Positions 50,089 through 58,427 of a DNA stretch of 64,000 nt are shown here, in pieces. Source of the DNA: Acidobacteriota bacterium (GTDB taxonomy: Bacteria; Acidobacteriota; UBA6911; RPQK01; JAJDTT01); contig CBDCJH010000002.1 in assembly GCA_965217775.1 (NCBI GenBank), forward strand, positions 736,001-800,000. Reading direction: 5' to 3'. Position numbers and translations under genes: made by a program. Position 1 is the stretch's first letter. Each line of letters begins with the position of its first letter. Under the pieces are notes generated by a model, which was not told where the DNA came from, did no database searches, and saw nothing but the letters and a program-made list of their open reading frames with translations.

Positions 50089-51540
50089 ATGAATCCTGAT
50101 CACATTGGCCCAATGTCGAATCGGCGCTTGTTCCTGGAGCGGACGGCCGCCGGTTTCGGCTCCCTGGCCCTGGCCCATCTCATGGCGAGCGAGGGCCTGA
50201 CCGCCGCGGTGCCCAACGGGAACGGAGTCGTGAATCCCCTGCAGCCCAGGGGGCCTCATTTCCCGGCCACGGCCAAGCACGTGATCTTCCTCTACATGTC
50301 GGGAGGTCCCAGTCAGGTCGATCTCTTCGACCCCAAGCCGGCGCTGAAGAAGTGGCACGGACAGCAGTTGCCCGTCTCCTTGAGGAAGAACCTGAAGCAG
50401 GCCTTCCTGAAGCCCACGGCCACTCTCATGGGCAGCCCCCGGGAGTTCAAGCCCCACGGACAATGCGGCACCGAGTTTTCCGACTACCTCCCCTACACGG
50501 CGGCCCACGCCGACGACATCTGCCTGATTCGCAGCATGCAGACCGACGCCGTGAACCACGACCCGGGCGAACTGCTCCTCAATGCGGGCACCAGCATCCT
50601 GGGGCATCCCACCATGGGATCGTGGGTGACCTACGGGCTGGGAAGCGAGTCGCAGGATCTGCCCGGCTACGTGGTTTTGAGCACGGGCAGCCGGCCCAGC
50701 GCGGGGGAGAACAACTGGTCCAACGGATTCCTGCCCTCCATCTACCAGGGGACCCCGTTCATGAGCACGGGGGATCCGATCCTTTACCTTTCGGATCCTC
50801 CCGGTGTCAATTCCCGGATCCAGCGAGTGCATCTGGATGCGCTCCGGCTCCTGAACGAGAAGCGGTTCCGGGACACCGGCGACGCCGAGATCGGCGCCCG
50901 CATCGCCTCCTACGAACTGGCCTTCCGGATGCAGATGGCGGCGCCGGAGCTGCTGGACTTCTCGCAGGAGTCGCCGAAGCTGCTGGAGGAGTACGGCGTC
51001 AACCGGGAAGGGAAGCGGGCCAAGTCGTACGGGGTCAACTGCCTCCTGGCCCGCCGGCTGGTGGAGCGGGGCGTCCGGTTCGTCATGCTCAATCACGCCA
51101 ACTGGGATTTTCACTACCGGATCGACGAGAGGCTGAAGGGCTACTGCCACGATACGGACCAGCCCACGGCCGCCCTCCTGAAGGATCTGAAACAGCGGGG
51201 ACTGCTGGAGGACACCCTGGTGCTCTGGGGCGGGGAGTTCGGCCGTACGCCCATGGGCGAGCCGGAGATCCACGGCGGAGACCCGGGACGGGACCACCAT
51301 CCCACCTGTTTCAGCATGTGGCTGGCCGGCGGCGGCATCCGCGGCGGACAGGTGGTGGGCCGGTCCGATGAGCTGGGCCTCAATCCGGTGGAGGATCCGG
51401 TGCACGTCCACGACCTCCAGGCCACTCTGCTGCACTGCCTGGGGCTGGATCACACCCGCCTCACCTACCACCACATGGGCCGCGACTTCCGGCTGACGGA
51501 CGTGGGCGGCAACGTGGTGAACAAAGTGCTCGACGCCTGA
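50089..51540 (+). CDS. DUF1501 protein
   Basis: NRRLFL, GGPSQVDLFD, CLLARRLVERGVRFV, GEFGRTP. Confidence 0.92.
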   Translation: MNPDHIGPMSNRRLFLERTAAGFGSLALAHLMASEGLTAAVPNGNGVVNPLQPRGPHFPATAKHVIFLYMSGGPSQVDLFDPKPALKKWHGQQLPVSLRKNLKQAFLKPTATLMGSPREFKPHGQCGTEFSDYLPYTAAHADDICLIRSMQTDAVNHDPGELLLNAGTSILGHPTMGSWVTYGLGSESQDLPGYVVLSTGSRPSAGENNWSNGFLPSIYQGTPFMSTGDPILYLSDPPGVNSRIQRVHLDALRLLNEKRFRDTGDAEIGARIASYELAFRMQMAAPELLDFSQESPKLLEEYGVNREGKRAKSYGVNCLLARRLVERGVRFVMLNHANWDFHYRIDERLKGYCHDTDQPTAALLKDLKQRGLLEDTLVLWGGEFGRTPMGEPEIHGGDPGRDHHPTCFSMWLAGGGIRGGQVVGRSDELGLNPVEDPVHVHDLQATLLHCLGLDHTRLTYHHMGRDFRLTDVGGNVVNKVLDA

Positions 51541-51580
51541 ATCCCGAAAAACGCCAAGAGACCGATCGGGGGGAACGATC

Positions 51581-52018
51581 ATGGGAGAGTTGAAGCTCGC
51601 GTACAAAGCCCGAAGTTACAGCACCGGCACCCTCGGGCGGGCCATCTGCAGCGCCCGAACTCACCATTTCGTCGCCGACGACCTGGGAGGAGAGGAGGTG
51701 GGAGCCGGCGAGCTCTTCTTCTCCGGTGTCGCCGCCTGCGCTGTCAACATGGTGGAGCGGATCGCCGCGGCCGACGAGACCCCGCTGGAGTGGATGGACG
51801 TCTCAGTCGAGGCCTACCGTGATCCCGACAAGGACCACGGCGAGTTGACCCTCTACGATTCGGTCCGGGTCCGGATCGAAATGTGGGGCGTGAGCGACGA
51901 CGCCGCCGAAGTGCTGACGGGGTTCTGGAAGGCGCGCTGTCCCCTCTACGGCACGGTCGCCGCCGCGACTCCCGACACCACCGTTTCGCTGGTGTCCCAC
52001 CCCGATTCGCGTCGCTGA
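51581..52018 (+). CDS. OsmC/Ohr-family protein
   Basis: ELFFSGVAAC...ARCPLYGT (two conserved Cys). Confidence 0.75.
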   Translation: MGELKLAYKARSYSTGTLGRAICSARTHHFVADDLGGEEVGAGELFFSGVAACAVNMVERIAAADETPLEWMDVSVEAYRDPDKDHGELTLYDSVRVRIEMWGVSDDAAEVLTGFWKARCPLYGTVAAATPDTTVSLVSHPDSRR

Positions 52019-52174
52019 TACGGAGGCGTCGAGGAGTCCGGATCGTCGTCGTTACTGTTCGCCCGGTCGGCTAGGCTGCTACCGATCCAGGTCCTGTTTC
52101 ATATTGGTGTGAGGATGGTTCTCGCAATGGGCTCGTCACACTAGTATCCGATGGGATACAGGGGGGAGATAATC

Positions 52175-52480
52175 ATGGCAAAGATAAGTACCCGTCCATG
52201 GGATGCGGCCGAACATCTTGAGACCGACGAGGATATGGCTGCCTACCTGGAGGCGGCGCTCGAAGACGGTGACCCTGCGCTGATATTTGCTGTTTTGGGG
52301 GACATCGCACGCGCCAAGGGTATGACTGGAATCGCACGGAATGCGGGTCTGGGACGGGAGAGTCTTTACAAGGCGTTGTCTCCCGGCGGCAATCCGAGAT
52401 TCGCCACCGTGCTCAAAGTCGTACGGACGCTGGGACTCCAGCTTCACGCGGCGCCGGCTCGAGGTTCAACCAATCAGTAA
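52175..52480 (+). CDS. Addiction-module antidote protein (HI1420/HigA-like HTH), orphan
   Basis: WDAAEHL...AYLEAALE...IARAKGMT...RESLYKALSPGGNPRFAT; no toxin ORF upstream. Confidence 0.88.
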   Translation: MAKISTRPWDAAEHLETDEDMAAYLEAALEDGDPALIFAVLGDIARAKGMTGIARNAGLGRESLYKALSPGGNPRFATVLKVVRTLGLQLHAAPARGSTNQ

Positions 52481-52536
52481 AGGGCCGGGGAGTTCGGGAC
52501 GACGTCAGCCGACTTCCGAGGACCTCACCCGGCGGC

Positions 52537-52971
52537 TTACTTTTCGCACCTCAACAGGCACATGCCCATCGCCCCCAGAAGCAGCGGCAGTGCGGCGTCG
52601 ATGATCCCCCAGACCAGTGTGACCGTATCCGTACCCACTGCAGTAAAGCCGGGACTCACGTAGTTGAACCAGTTCCGGAAGAACAGGATTCCAACGAAAA
52701 CGAAGCCATAGAACAACGTGTTGGCTGCCAGGTAATAGCGGGTGACCGGAGCATCGCCTCCCTCACGGTCGGCTCTTCTCTTGCAGCCATAGCTGCATAC
52801 CAGGCTCAGCGCAACGGCCAGGGCCATCAGCGGGTTGATGTAGCTCCAATTCGGGGTGTAGGGGGCGGCTTCGGTGGAGGTGTGATACAGCGGCTCGATG
52901 ATCGTGTGGACGGCTACGATCACCGCAACCGCGATCAGATAGACGCCGATGATTCGTTTGAGTTGTTTCAT
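52537..52971 (-). CDS. Hypothetical four-TM membrane protein
   Basis: AGGAGG RBS; four hydrophobic segments. Confidence 0.7.
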   Translation of the reverse strand: MKQLKRIIGVYLIAVAVIVAVHTIIEPLYHTSTEAAPYTPNWSYINPLMALAVALSLVCSYGCKRRADREGGDAPVTRYYLAANTLFYGFVFVGILFFRNWFNYVSPGFTAVGTDTVTLVWGIIDAALPLLLGAMGMCLLRCEK

Positions 52972-53098
52972 GGGTTTACGCCTCCTGTTCAATGTCTCCG
53001 ATCATGCATTTTCGGATCAAGGCGCGTCAAAACGCCGTTCCCGCTGCCGGGTACGGCAACGCCGTTGGACAAGCCAAAGGCCGGCAAATTCGACTCGG

Positions 53099-53506
53099 CT
53101 ATGGAACGACCTCGAACCCCATCTGCTGGAAGTGATGGTCCAACGTCAAGACCCTGCGAATTCGCAGTTCCCGCATGACAACGAAGCTGCAGCAGTCGGT
53201 GAAGGAGAAGTCCTTGTCACGGTAGCGGAAGAAAAGCGATCGTGCGCGTTCTCTTCGCGCTTCACCGACCGACTCCATGCGAAGTCGGGTCGACCCTTCG
53301 ATTTGCCGCCACCAGGCTTCAGCGGCGTCGAGACCGAGGCGAAACCGGATCGTGGTCAGGGTCTCGTCGACCACGTAGTCGGTCGTCACCAGGATGCCGC
53401 CCTCCGAAAGCCATCGATCCCGAGTCTGCCGTACGAACGGGCCCGAGGTATCGGCGCTGTCGGCGGCGGAAACCCATGCGGCCGTATCCACGTAGATGGG
53501 CTTCAT
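53099..53506 (-). CDS. vapC: PIN-domain toxin
   Basis: IYVDTAAW, TTDYVVDET, FSFTDC, TLDHHF. Confidence 0.9.
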   Translation of the reverse strand: MKPIYVDTAAWVSAADSADTSGPFVRQTRDRWLSEGGILVTTDYVVDETLTTIRFRLGLDAAEAWWRQIEGSTRLRMESVGEARRERARSLFFRYRDKDFSFTDCCSFVVMRELRIRRVLTLDHHFQQMGFEVVP

Positions 53507-53748
53507 CGATAAAGCAGCTCGTCGTGCCTCGCGGCGGCGTCCCCCGAGTCGGAAGAGCCGACGGGTGCGGCCCGGAACAGCGAATCCGATTCCAAGGGCA
53601 CGCTTTCGACAGAGGGAGCGCCTACCGGGACGATGTCGAAGGCCGGGCGGCTCCGGTACAGGACGGTGAACTTTTCACCATGTCTCACCTTCTCGACGAT
53701 GTCCTTCAATCTCTCTCGGAGCTGTTTGGCGTTGAGAATCTCATGCAT
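53503..53748 (-). CDS. Phd/YefM-family antitoxin
   Basis: NAKQLRERLKDIVEKVRHGEKFTVLYRSRP...HDELLYR; ATGA overlap. Confidence 0.85.
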   Translation of the reverse strand: MHEILNAKQLRERLKDIVEKVRHGEKFTVLYRSRPAFDIVPVGAPSVESVPLESDSLFRAAPVGSSDSGDAAARHDELLYR

Positions 53749-53789
53749 CGGAGTGCTCTCGTCACAAAGTTCAACTTAAGTTAATCTTT

Positions 53790-53900
53790 GGGGCTTATAT
53801 ACCTAAGTGCCCTTGGCATACAGTTCTGGCACCACGCTTTCCCCAACGAGATACGTTCCGGTGCCCAGGGCAAGAACCCCAGCCCTGAGAATGTTCAGGG
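53790..53900 (-). ncRNA. Putative TnpB omegaRNA/reRNA scaffold overlapping the tnpB 3' end (5' boundary uncertain)
   Basis: Stems agggc...gccct and ctgggcacc...aacgt...agcgt-ggtgccag-aa directly after the NAALNI codons, where TnpB scaffolds normally lie. Confidence 0.55.
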
Positions 53901-54978
53901 CGGCATTGTGGTCCCTGTCCATTCCAAGTCCGCAGGCCCTGCACCGGAAGGTTTCGCTCCGTCCTGGATCGTGGCGGGCGCCGCACCGGTGGCAGTCCTG
54001 CGAGGTATATGCGGGATTCACTTCTACGAACTCCCGACCGGCCCATTCTGCCTTGTACTGGAGTTGATTCCGCAGAAGCCCCCATGATTGCGTCAGTATT
54101 TCTCGATTCAGCCCCTTCTTCTTCGAGCCCTTCGTTACCATCCCTTGGATGTTCAGCTTCTCCACAGCGATCAGACCGTGCTCACGAATGATCCTGCTGG
54201 AGAGACGATGGCAGGCATTACGGTTTCGGACCGATTCCCGGTGACGGAGCCGAGATAGCTGTACGATCCGCTTCCGTCTGGTCTTGGAAATCTTCTTGCA
54301 CCTGGAGACCTTTCTCTGCTGCTTTCGGATCTCCCCCCAGTCCCGTCTCTTCCGTTCGATCCTCTCACCCGTGGACAGCACCGCTCGCTTGCGGACGCCC
54401 AGGTCGATCCCCACCGAAGACTCGCATTTCGGTAGCGGCGGCTTCTCCACCTCGTAGGTCAGGTCCACATACACCCGGTTCGGCTTGCGGACAATCCGCA
54501 ACGCTTTCAACGGGCATCCGTCCGGCAACGGCCGGGACGGAAATACCCGGATCGTCGGAAAGCCCTTGGGGCGGATGGCGTATCCGCGCGCCCGCTTCTT
54601 CACCACGGTCGCCTTGGGGTCGACGATGTCGATGGTCTCCATCCTCGCCAGGGGCCGGAACCGAGGATACCCCGGCTTCTCCCCCGCCTTGCAGCGACGG
54701 AAGAACGCCTGGAAGGCCCGGTCCAACCGCATCAACATCCCACGCTCCGCCTTGACCGCCACCGACCCGAGCCCCTCCGGATCGTCCTTCCTCTGGGAGG
54801 TCAACCCCTTCATCTGATCGTACAGGGTCACGCCGCGTTGCTCGGATTCCCAGGCCGTCCTGCGTTCCTCCAGTGCAGCGTTGTACAGCCGATTCAGGAT
54901 GGACCTCACCCCGTCCAACCGCCGGATTCCACCCTTGGACAGCTTGGCTCTGCACTGGATAGTTGCGTGGCCTTTCAT
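53803..54978 (-). CDS. tnpB: RNA-guided endonuclease TnpB
   Basis: LYNAALEER, KPGYPRFR, RuvC-I GIDLG, RuvC-II AVEKL, YTSQDCHRC...CRAC zinc finger, RuvC-III DRDHNAALNI. Confidence 0.95.
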   Translation of the reverse strand: MKGHATIQCRAKLSKGGIRRLDGVRSILNRLYNAALEERRTAWESEQRGVTLYDQMKGLTSQRKDDPEGLGSVAVKAERGMLMRLDRAFQAFFRRCKAGEKPGYPRFRPLARMETIDIVDPKATVVKKRARGYAIRPKGFPTIRVFPSRPLPDGCPLKALRIVRKPNRVYVDLTYEVEKPPLPKCESSVGIDLGVRKRAVLSTGERIERKRRDWGEIRKQQRKVSRCKKISKTRRKRIVQLSRLRHRESVRNRNACHRLSSRIIREHGLIAVEKLNIQGMVTKGSKKKGLNREILTQSWGLLRNQLQYKAEWAGREFVEVNPAYTSQDCHRCGARHDPGRSETFRCRACGLGMDRDHNAALNILRAGVLALGTGTYLVGESVVPELYAKGT

Positions 54979-55112
54979 GGTCGGAATTGTAAACCATCAG
55001 CCTGAATTCTCGGCACTTACGTATATAATCTCTTAATCTTTCCTGAGAATTGAGGCAACTGGGCCGCGCCGCATGGCGCTTGCATGAACCGTCCAACCAG
55101 TGAGGATTTGTT

Positions 55113-55939
55113 ATGAGGAAGTGGGGCACGCCGGACGATCCCCGCCGGGCGCGGGTCGAGGAAATGCTTGAATCGTCCCGGGTCGTCGAAATTTTCAAGG
55201 GGGTTCACGACTTCAACATCGACGAACCGGCGGAGGACTTCCCGATCTTGAGCATGGCCTTCGGGTCATGGACCTCGACCGTTCGATTCCAGGTCCCGCA
55301 GTTCGGCCGTTGGCTGGCCGCCACCGGTTCACAACGTGCCTACGCTCACCACCGCAGCATCATGCAGAATTACACGTGGCAGCGCCGGCAACGTCAGCCT
55401 GGGCACCCGGGCAATGGCTGTTCAAGATGCCATTTCAACTCATGGAGTTGGAGACCTGGGCGAGACCTATCCCGACGCCCTTTTCATCCGGACGCACCGT
55501 AGCCCCAGCCAATTCATGGGTTCCTGGAACAGCTTCGTGGAAAAGGCGCGTTCGCTCTCCGTCCATCCACAGCCCCGAGAAAGCCTCGGCGCCGAACTGC
55601 TGGACTTCATGAGCCGCATGATGGATCGAGCCGTGCATTTCGGGGAAACCCATCCCGAACTGGAGCACCGCATGGATGGACGTGAACTACATCGATCTGG
55701 TGGAAGACCCGCTGACCGTGGTGCACGGTATCTATGAGCGGTTCAATTGGCCGCTCAAACGGTCGGTCCTGAACACCATGGACGACTGGCTGTTCCAGCA
55801 GGCGGCGCGCCGCCATAAGGAGCCGAAACATCGCTACGATCTGGCGGACTACGGCCTGACACCCGAGGACGTCAACACTGCGTTTGGGGGTTATCGAGAT
55901 TTTCTGACCCGCGCCGGAATTCGCGAATCCGGTTCGTGA
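55113..55939 (+). pseudogene. Sulfotransferase-family relic, N-terminally truncated and frameshifted
   Basis: Fragments in different frames: EPAED, WLFKMPF, YPDALFIRTHRSP, HRYDLADYGLT. Confidence 0.75.
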
Positions 55940-55993
55940 TCCGGCTCGGTTGGCAAGTCAGCGCGCCGCTTGCGGTGAGCCGGGACTTCTCAA

Positions 55994-56234
55994 CCCGCAT
56001 TTCTCACCAGGCCGCTATGCTTATGCTGAAAAAGAATTCATTTTTCAGCATTTACCCGGCTATTGCCAAGGTCTCTCAGGGACAGACTGCGCGCTCGCGC
56101 GCCCTCGCTGGTCTTTTCGCCCTCAGCGCGCACATGCTCCCTCAAACGTAGCCACCACTACGCTTTCGGTCGCGAGCACGCGCTGAGGGCGAAAATCCTG
56201 CGCGATCATCGCGCTCCCTTCTGAGAAATGCGGG
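55994..56234. mobile_element. About 241-bp MITE, family B
   Basis: Perfect TIRs (a)cccgcatttctca / tgagaaatgcggg(t); flanks tcaa/tcat; long internal hairpins; no credible ORF. Confidence 0.7.
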
Positions 56235-56288
56235 TCATTGGCGGTCGCGCCATTGCGGACCGTCTGGGCGTGACCGGCACCGGTGCCG

Positions 56289-56936
56289 CTAATCCGTCCT
56301 CGCTATGACCTCGTCCAGCGCCTTATCAGCGGAGCTGAACATTTCCTCAAGAATCTTCTGGCGCCGGGTTCTCAGGCGCTCGACGAACCTCCACAGGGAA
56401 TTCGTAATTTCAGCGATCGCCGCCTCCCGTGCCTGGAGCGAGAGAGTTCGGTCGTTTTTGTATTCGTATTTTTCGATCGTGAAATTGGCAATGTCCCGGA
56501 TGTTTTCTCCGACGATGTCGAAGTTGACCGCGTTCCTCATCGGAATGGTGTTACGAGTCGCCCTTGCTCCCGGATCACTCCCGATACCCGTCTGTCCCGT
56601 GATGGCTTCGATTGCCGCACTCTGCGAGTCGTAAAGCGAAATGATCTGATCAAAGCCGCTCACCGTGACGATATCGCGGATCGATTTGGAGAGGTTGCAG
56701 ATGCCGAAGGCCTTTCCCGGCTGGTTGAACTTCTTGGCAATGAGCAGGCAAACGCGAAGACCCGCGCTGCTGATGTAGCCTAATTGCGCAATGTCCAGAA
56801 TCATGGTGTTCTCGTCGGGATCGATTCCCGACTCCAGGATATTCTGGCATTCGAGGTAGTTGCTCCCGTCGATCCGGCCGACGGGCATCGCAATCAGAAT
56901 TCCTGCTCTCCGGCTCCATTTGATCAGTGGGGGCAT
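56289..56936 (-). CDS. STAS-domain (anti-sigma antagonist) protein with C-terminal helical extension
   Basis: GRIDG, LDIAQLGYISSAGLR, SGFD; AAGGAG RBS. Confidence 0.82.
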   Translation of the reverse strand: MPPLIKWSRRAGILIAMPVGRIDGSNYLECQNILESGIDPDENTMILDIAQLGYISSAGLRVCLLIAKKFNQPGKAFGICNLSKSIRDIVTVSGFDQIISLYDSQSAAIEAITGQTGIGSDPGARATRNTIPMRNAVNFDIVGENIRDIANFTIEKYEYKNDRTLSLQAREAAIAEITNSLWRFVERLRTRRQKILEEMFSSADKALDEVIARTD

Positions 56937-57413
56937 ATTCTTACTCCTTTGAAAATTCGAATGGGCAAAGGTTGAGATTGACTTACCCGTCCCTGGAGGA
57001 CGGCTCCGAATCGCCGGCGGGAGGCAGCTTGCCACCACCGCCGGGGAGTTGGGAAACTGTGGGAAAAATGCGAGGCACTGCCCGCGAAGGGTGATTTTCT
57101 CGACAGGAGGAATCGCTGGTTGGGCGGAAACGAACCGATCGGTTCCCCGGACATCGCTTCAGACTTTCCGATCACCATTGGCCAATTTCTGGCGTCCGGC
57201 GTCCGGCGCAACGCACATTCTGCTGCATCGACGACAAACAGCCGGATCATAGCATTTTCCCCGGCCGACTCGTAGCCACATCGATACCTGCAACAATCGA
57301 AAGCCGTACCGCTTGTCTGCCGGGTCCGGGTTTGATAACGAAGGGATGTCCGGCACAATATGGCCGGAGATCGGGGTGCGGCGGACGACCGGGCCGCCGG
57401 GGAGTTCGACAGC

Positions 57414-58259
57414 ATGGATCCCAAATGTCTCGACTATCGCCTCACCGCAAAGGAACGCCGTCAGTTTGAGCAGGAGGGTTATTTCATCATTCCCGACGCC
57501 CTGCCGGCGTCATTGGTCCAAGACTTGGGGGTGGTCGTGGACCGGCTGGATCGGCAGTCTCGCCGGAAACACGGCATCGACAGCCGGGAGATGATCCACA
57601 TCCTGGACTTCATCGGCCGGGACGACCTCTTCCTCCGATTGCTGGACTGGCCTCTGACCTTCCCCAAGGTGTGGGGAATCCTGGGTTGGAACATCCAGCT
57701 CTATCATTCCGATATGGTCATCACACCGCCCCGGGGAGTTCATTCTGCTGAAAAGAGACGGTTGAGTTGGCATCAGGACAGCGGTCGCCTGAACCTGGAA
57801 CTGGAAGGCGACCCCCGGCCCCGGGTCTCGCTGAAGATCGGATTCTTCCTCACGGACACGTCGGTGCCCGGTTGCGGAAACTTCACCATCGTGCCCGGAA
57901 GCCACCGTCGTAACCGATTGCACTTTCCGGAAGACGGCGTTTCCGACCCGGACGATGCCTTGACCGTCTGCGTGCCGCCGGGTGCCGCGGTCTGCTTCGA
58001 CCGCCGTCTCTGGCACTCGGGAAGTCCCAACGATTCGGACTGGACCCGGAAAGTTCTGTTCTACGGTTACAGCTATCGCTGGCTCCGGCCCCGGGACGAC
58101 ATGACCGTCGATCATGTGATGGACCGTTGCGACCCGATTCGGCAGCAACTCCTGGGCGCCGGCACCGGCGGCATGGGCTACACTTCGCCGGGCCCCGAGG
58201 ACGTCCCCCTGAAGGCTTGGATGGAACAATATCTGCCGCCGGAAGAAGTGCCCTTGTGA
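57414..58259 (+). CDS. PhyH-family Fe(II)/2OG dioxygenase
   Basis: WHQD, VPGSH, FDRRLWH. Confidence 0.9.
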   Translation: MDPKCLDYRLTAKERRQFEQEGYFIIPDALPASLVQDLGVVVDRLDRQSRRKHGIDSREMIHILDFIGRDDLFLRLLDWPLTFPKVWGILGWNIQLYHSDMVITPPRGVHSAEKRRLSWHQDSGRLNLELEGDPRPRVSLKIGFFLTDTSVPGCGNFTIVPGSHRRNRLHFPEDGVSDPDDALTVCVPPGAAVCFDRRLWHSGSPNDSDWTRKVLFYGYSYRWLRPRDDMTVDHVMDRCDPIRQQLLGAGTGGMGYTSPGPEDVPLKAWMEQYLPPEEVPL

Positions 58260-58427
58260 GCAGTTTCTTCCGGCTCCAATCCTGCTCTCCTCGCCTTCGG
58301 CTGCTGGCGGAGGTCGTAGTGAGAGGGTATATTGTCGAACATCGGTTTGACGGCACTGCCCATTTCGGGAGCACCGTGATCCGTCGGCCTGCTTGAAACC
58401 ACGGGACGTTTTCCAAGGAGATCGCTC

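Larger units (their letters stand above)
53790..55033 (-). mobile_element. Non-autonomous TIR element (IS1595-like ends) carrying only tnpB
   Basis: One end ggggcttatatacctaagtgcc versus reverse complement of the other end agagattatatacgtaagtgcc (16/17 core match); direct repeat taatcttt at 53782-53789 and 55034-55041. Confidence 0.85.

Noticed and set aside
53790-55033. Ordinary IS605/IS1341 or IS607 assignment for the tnpB element
   Set aside because: No tnpA, no subterminal Y1 hairpins recognised, and clear TIR plus TSD are present.
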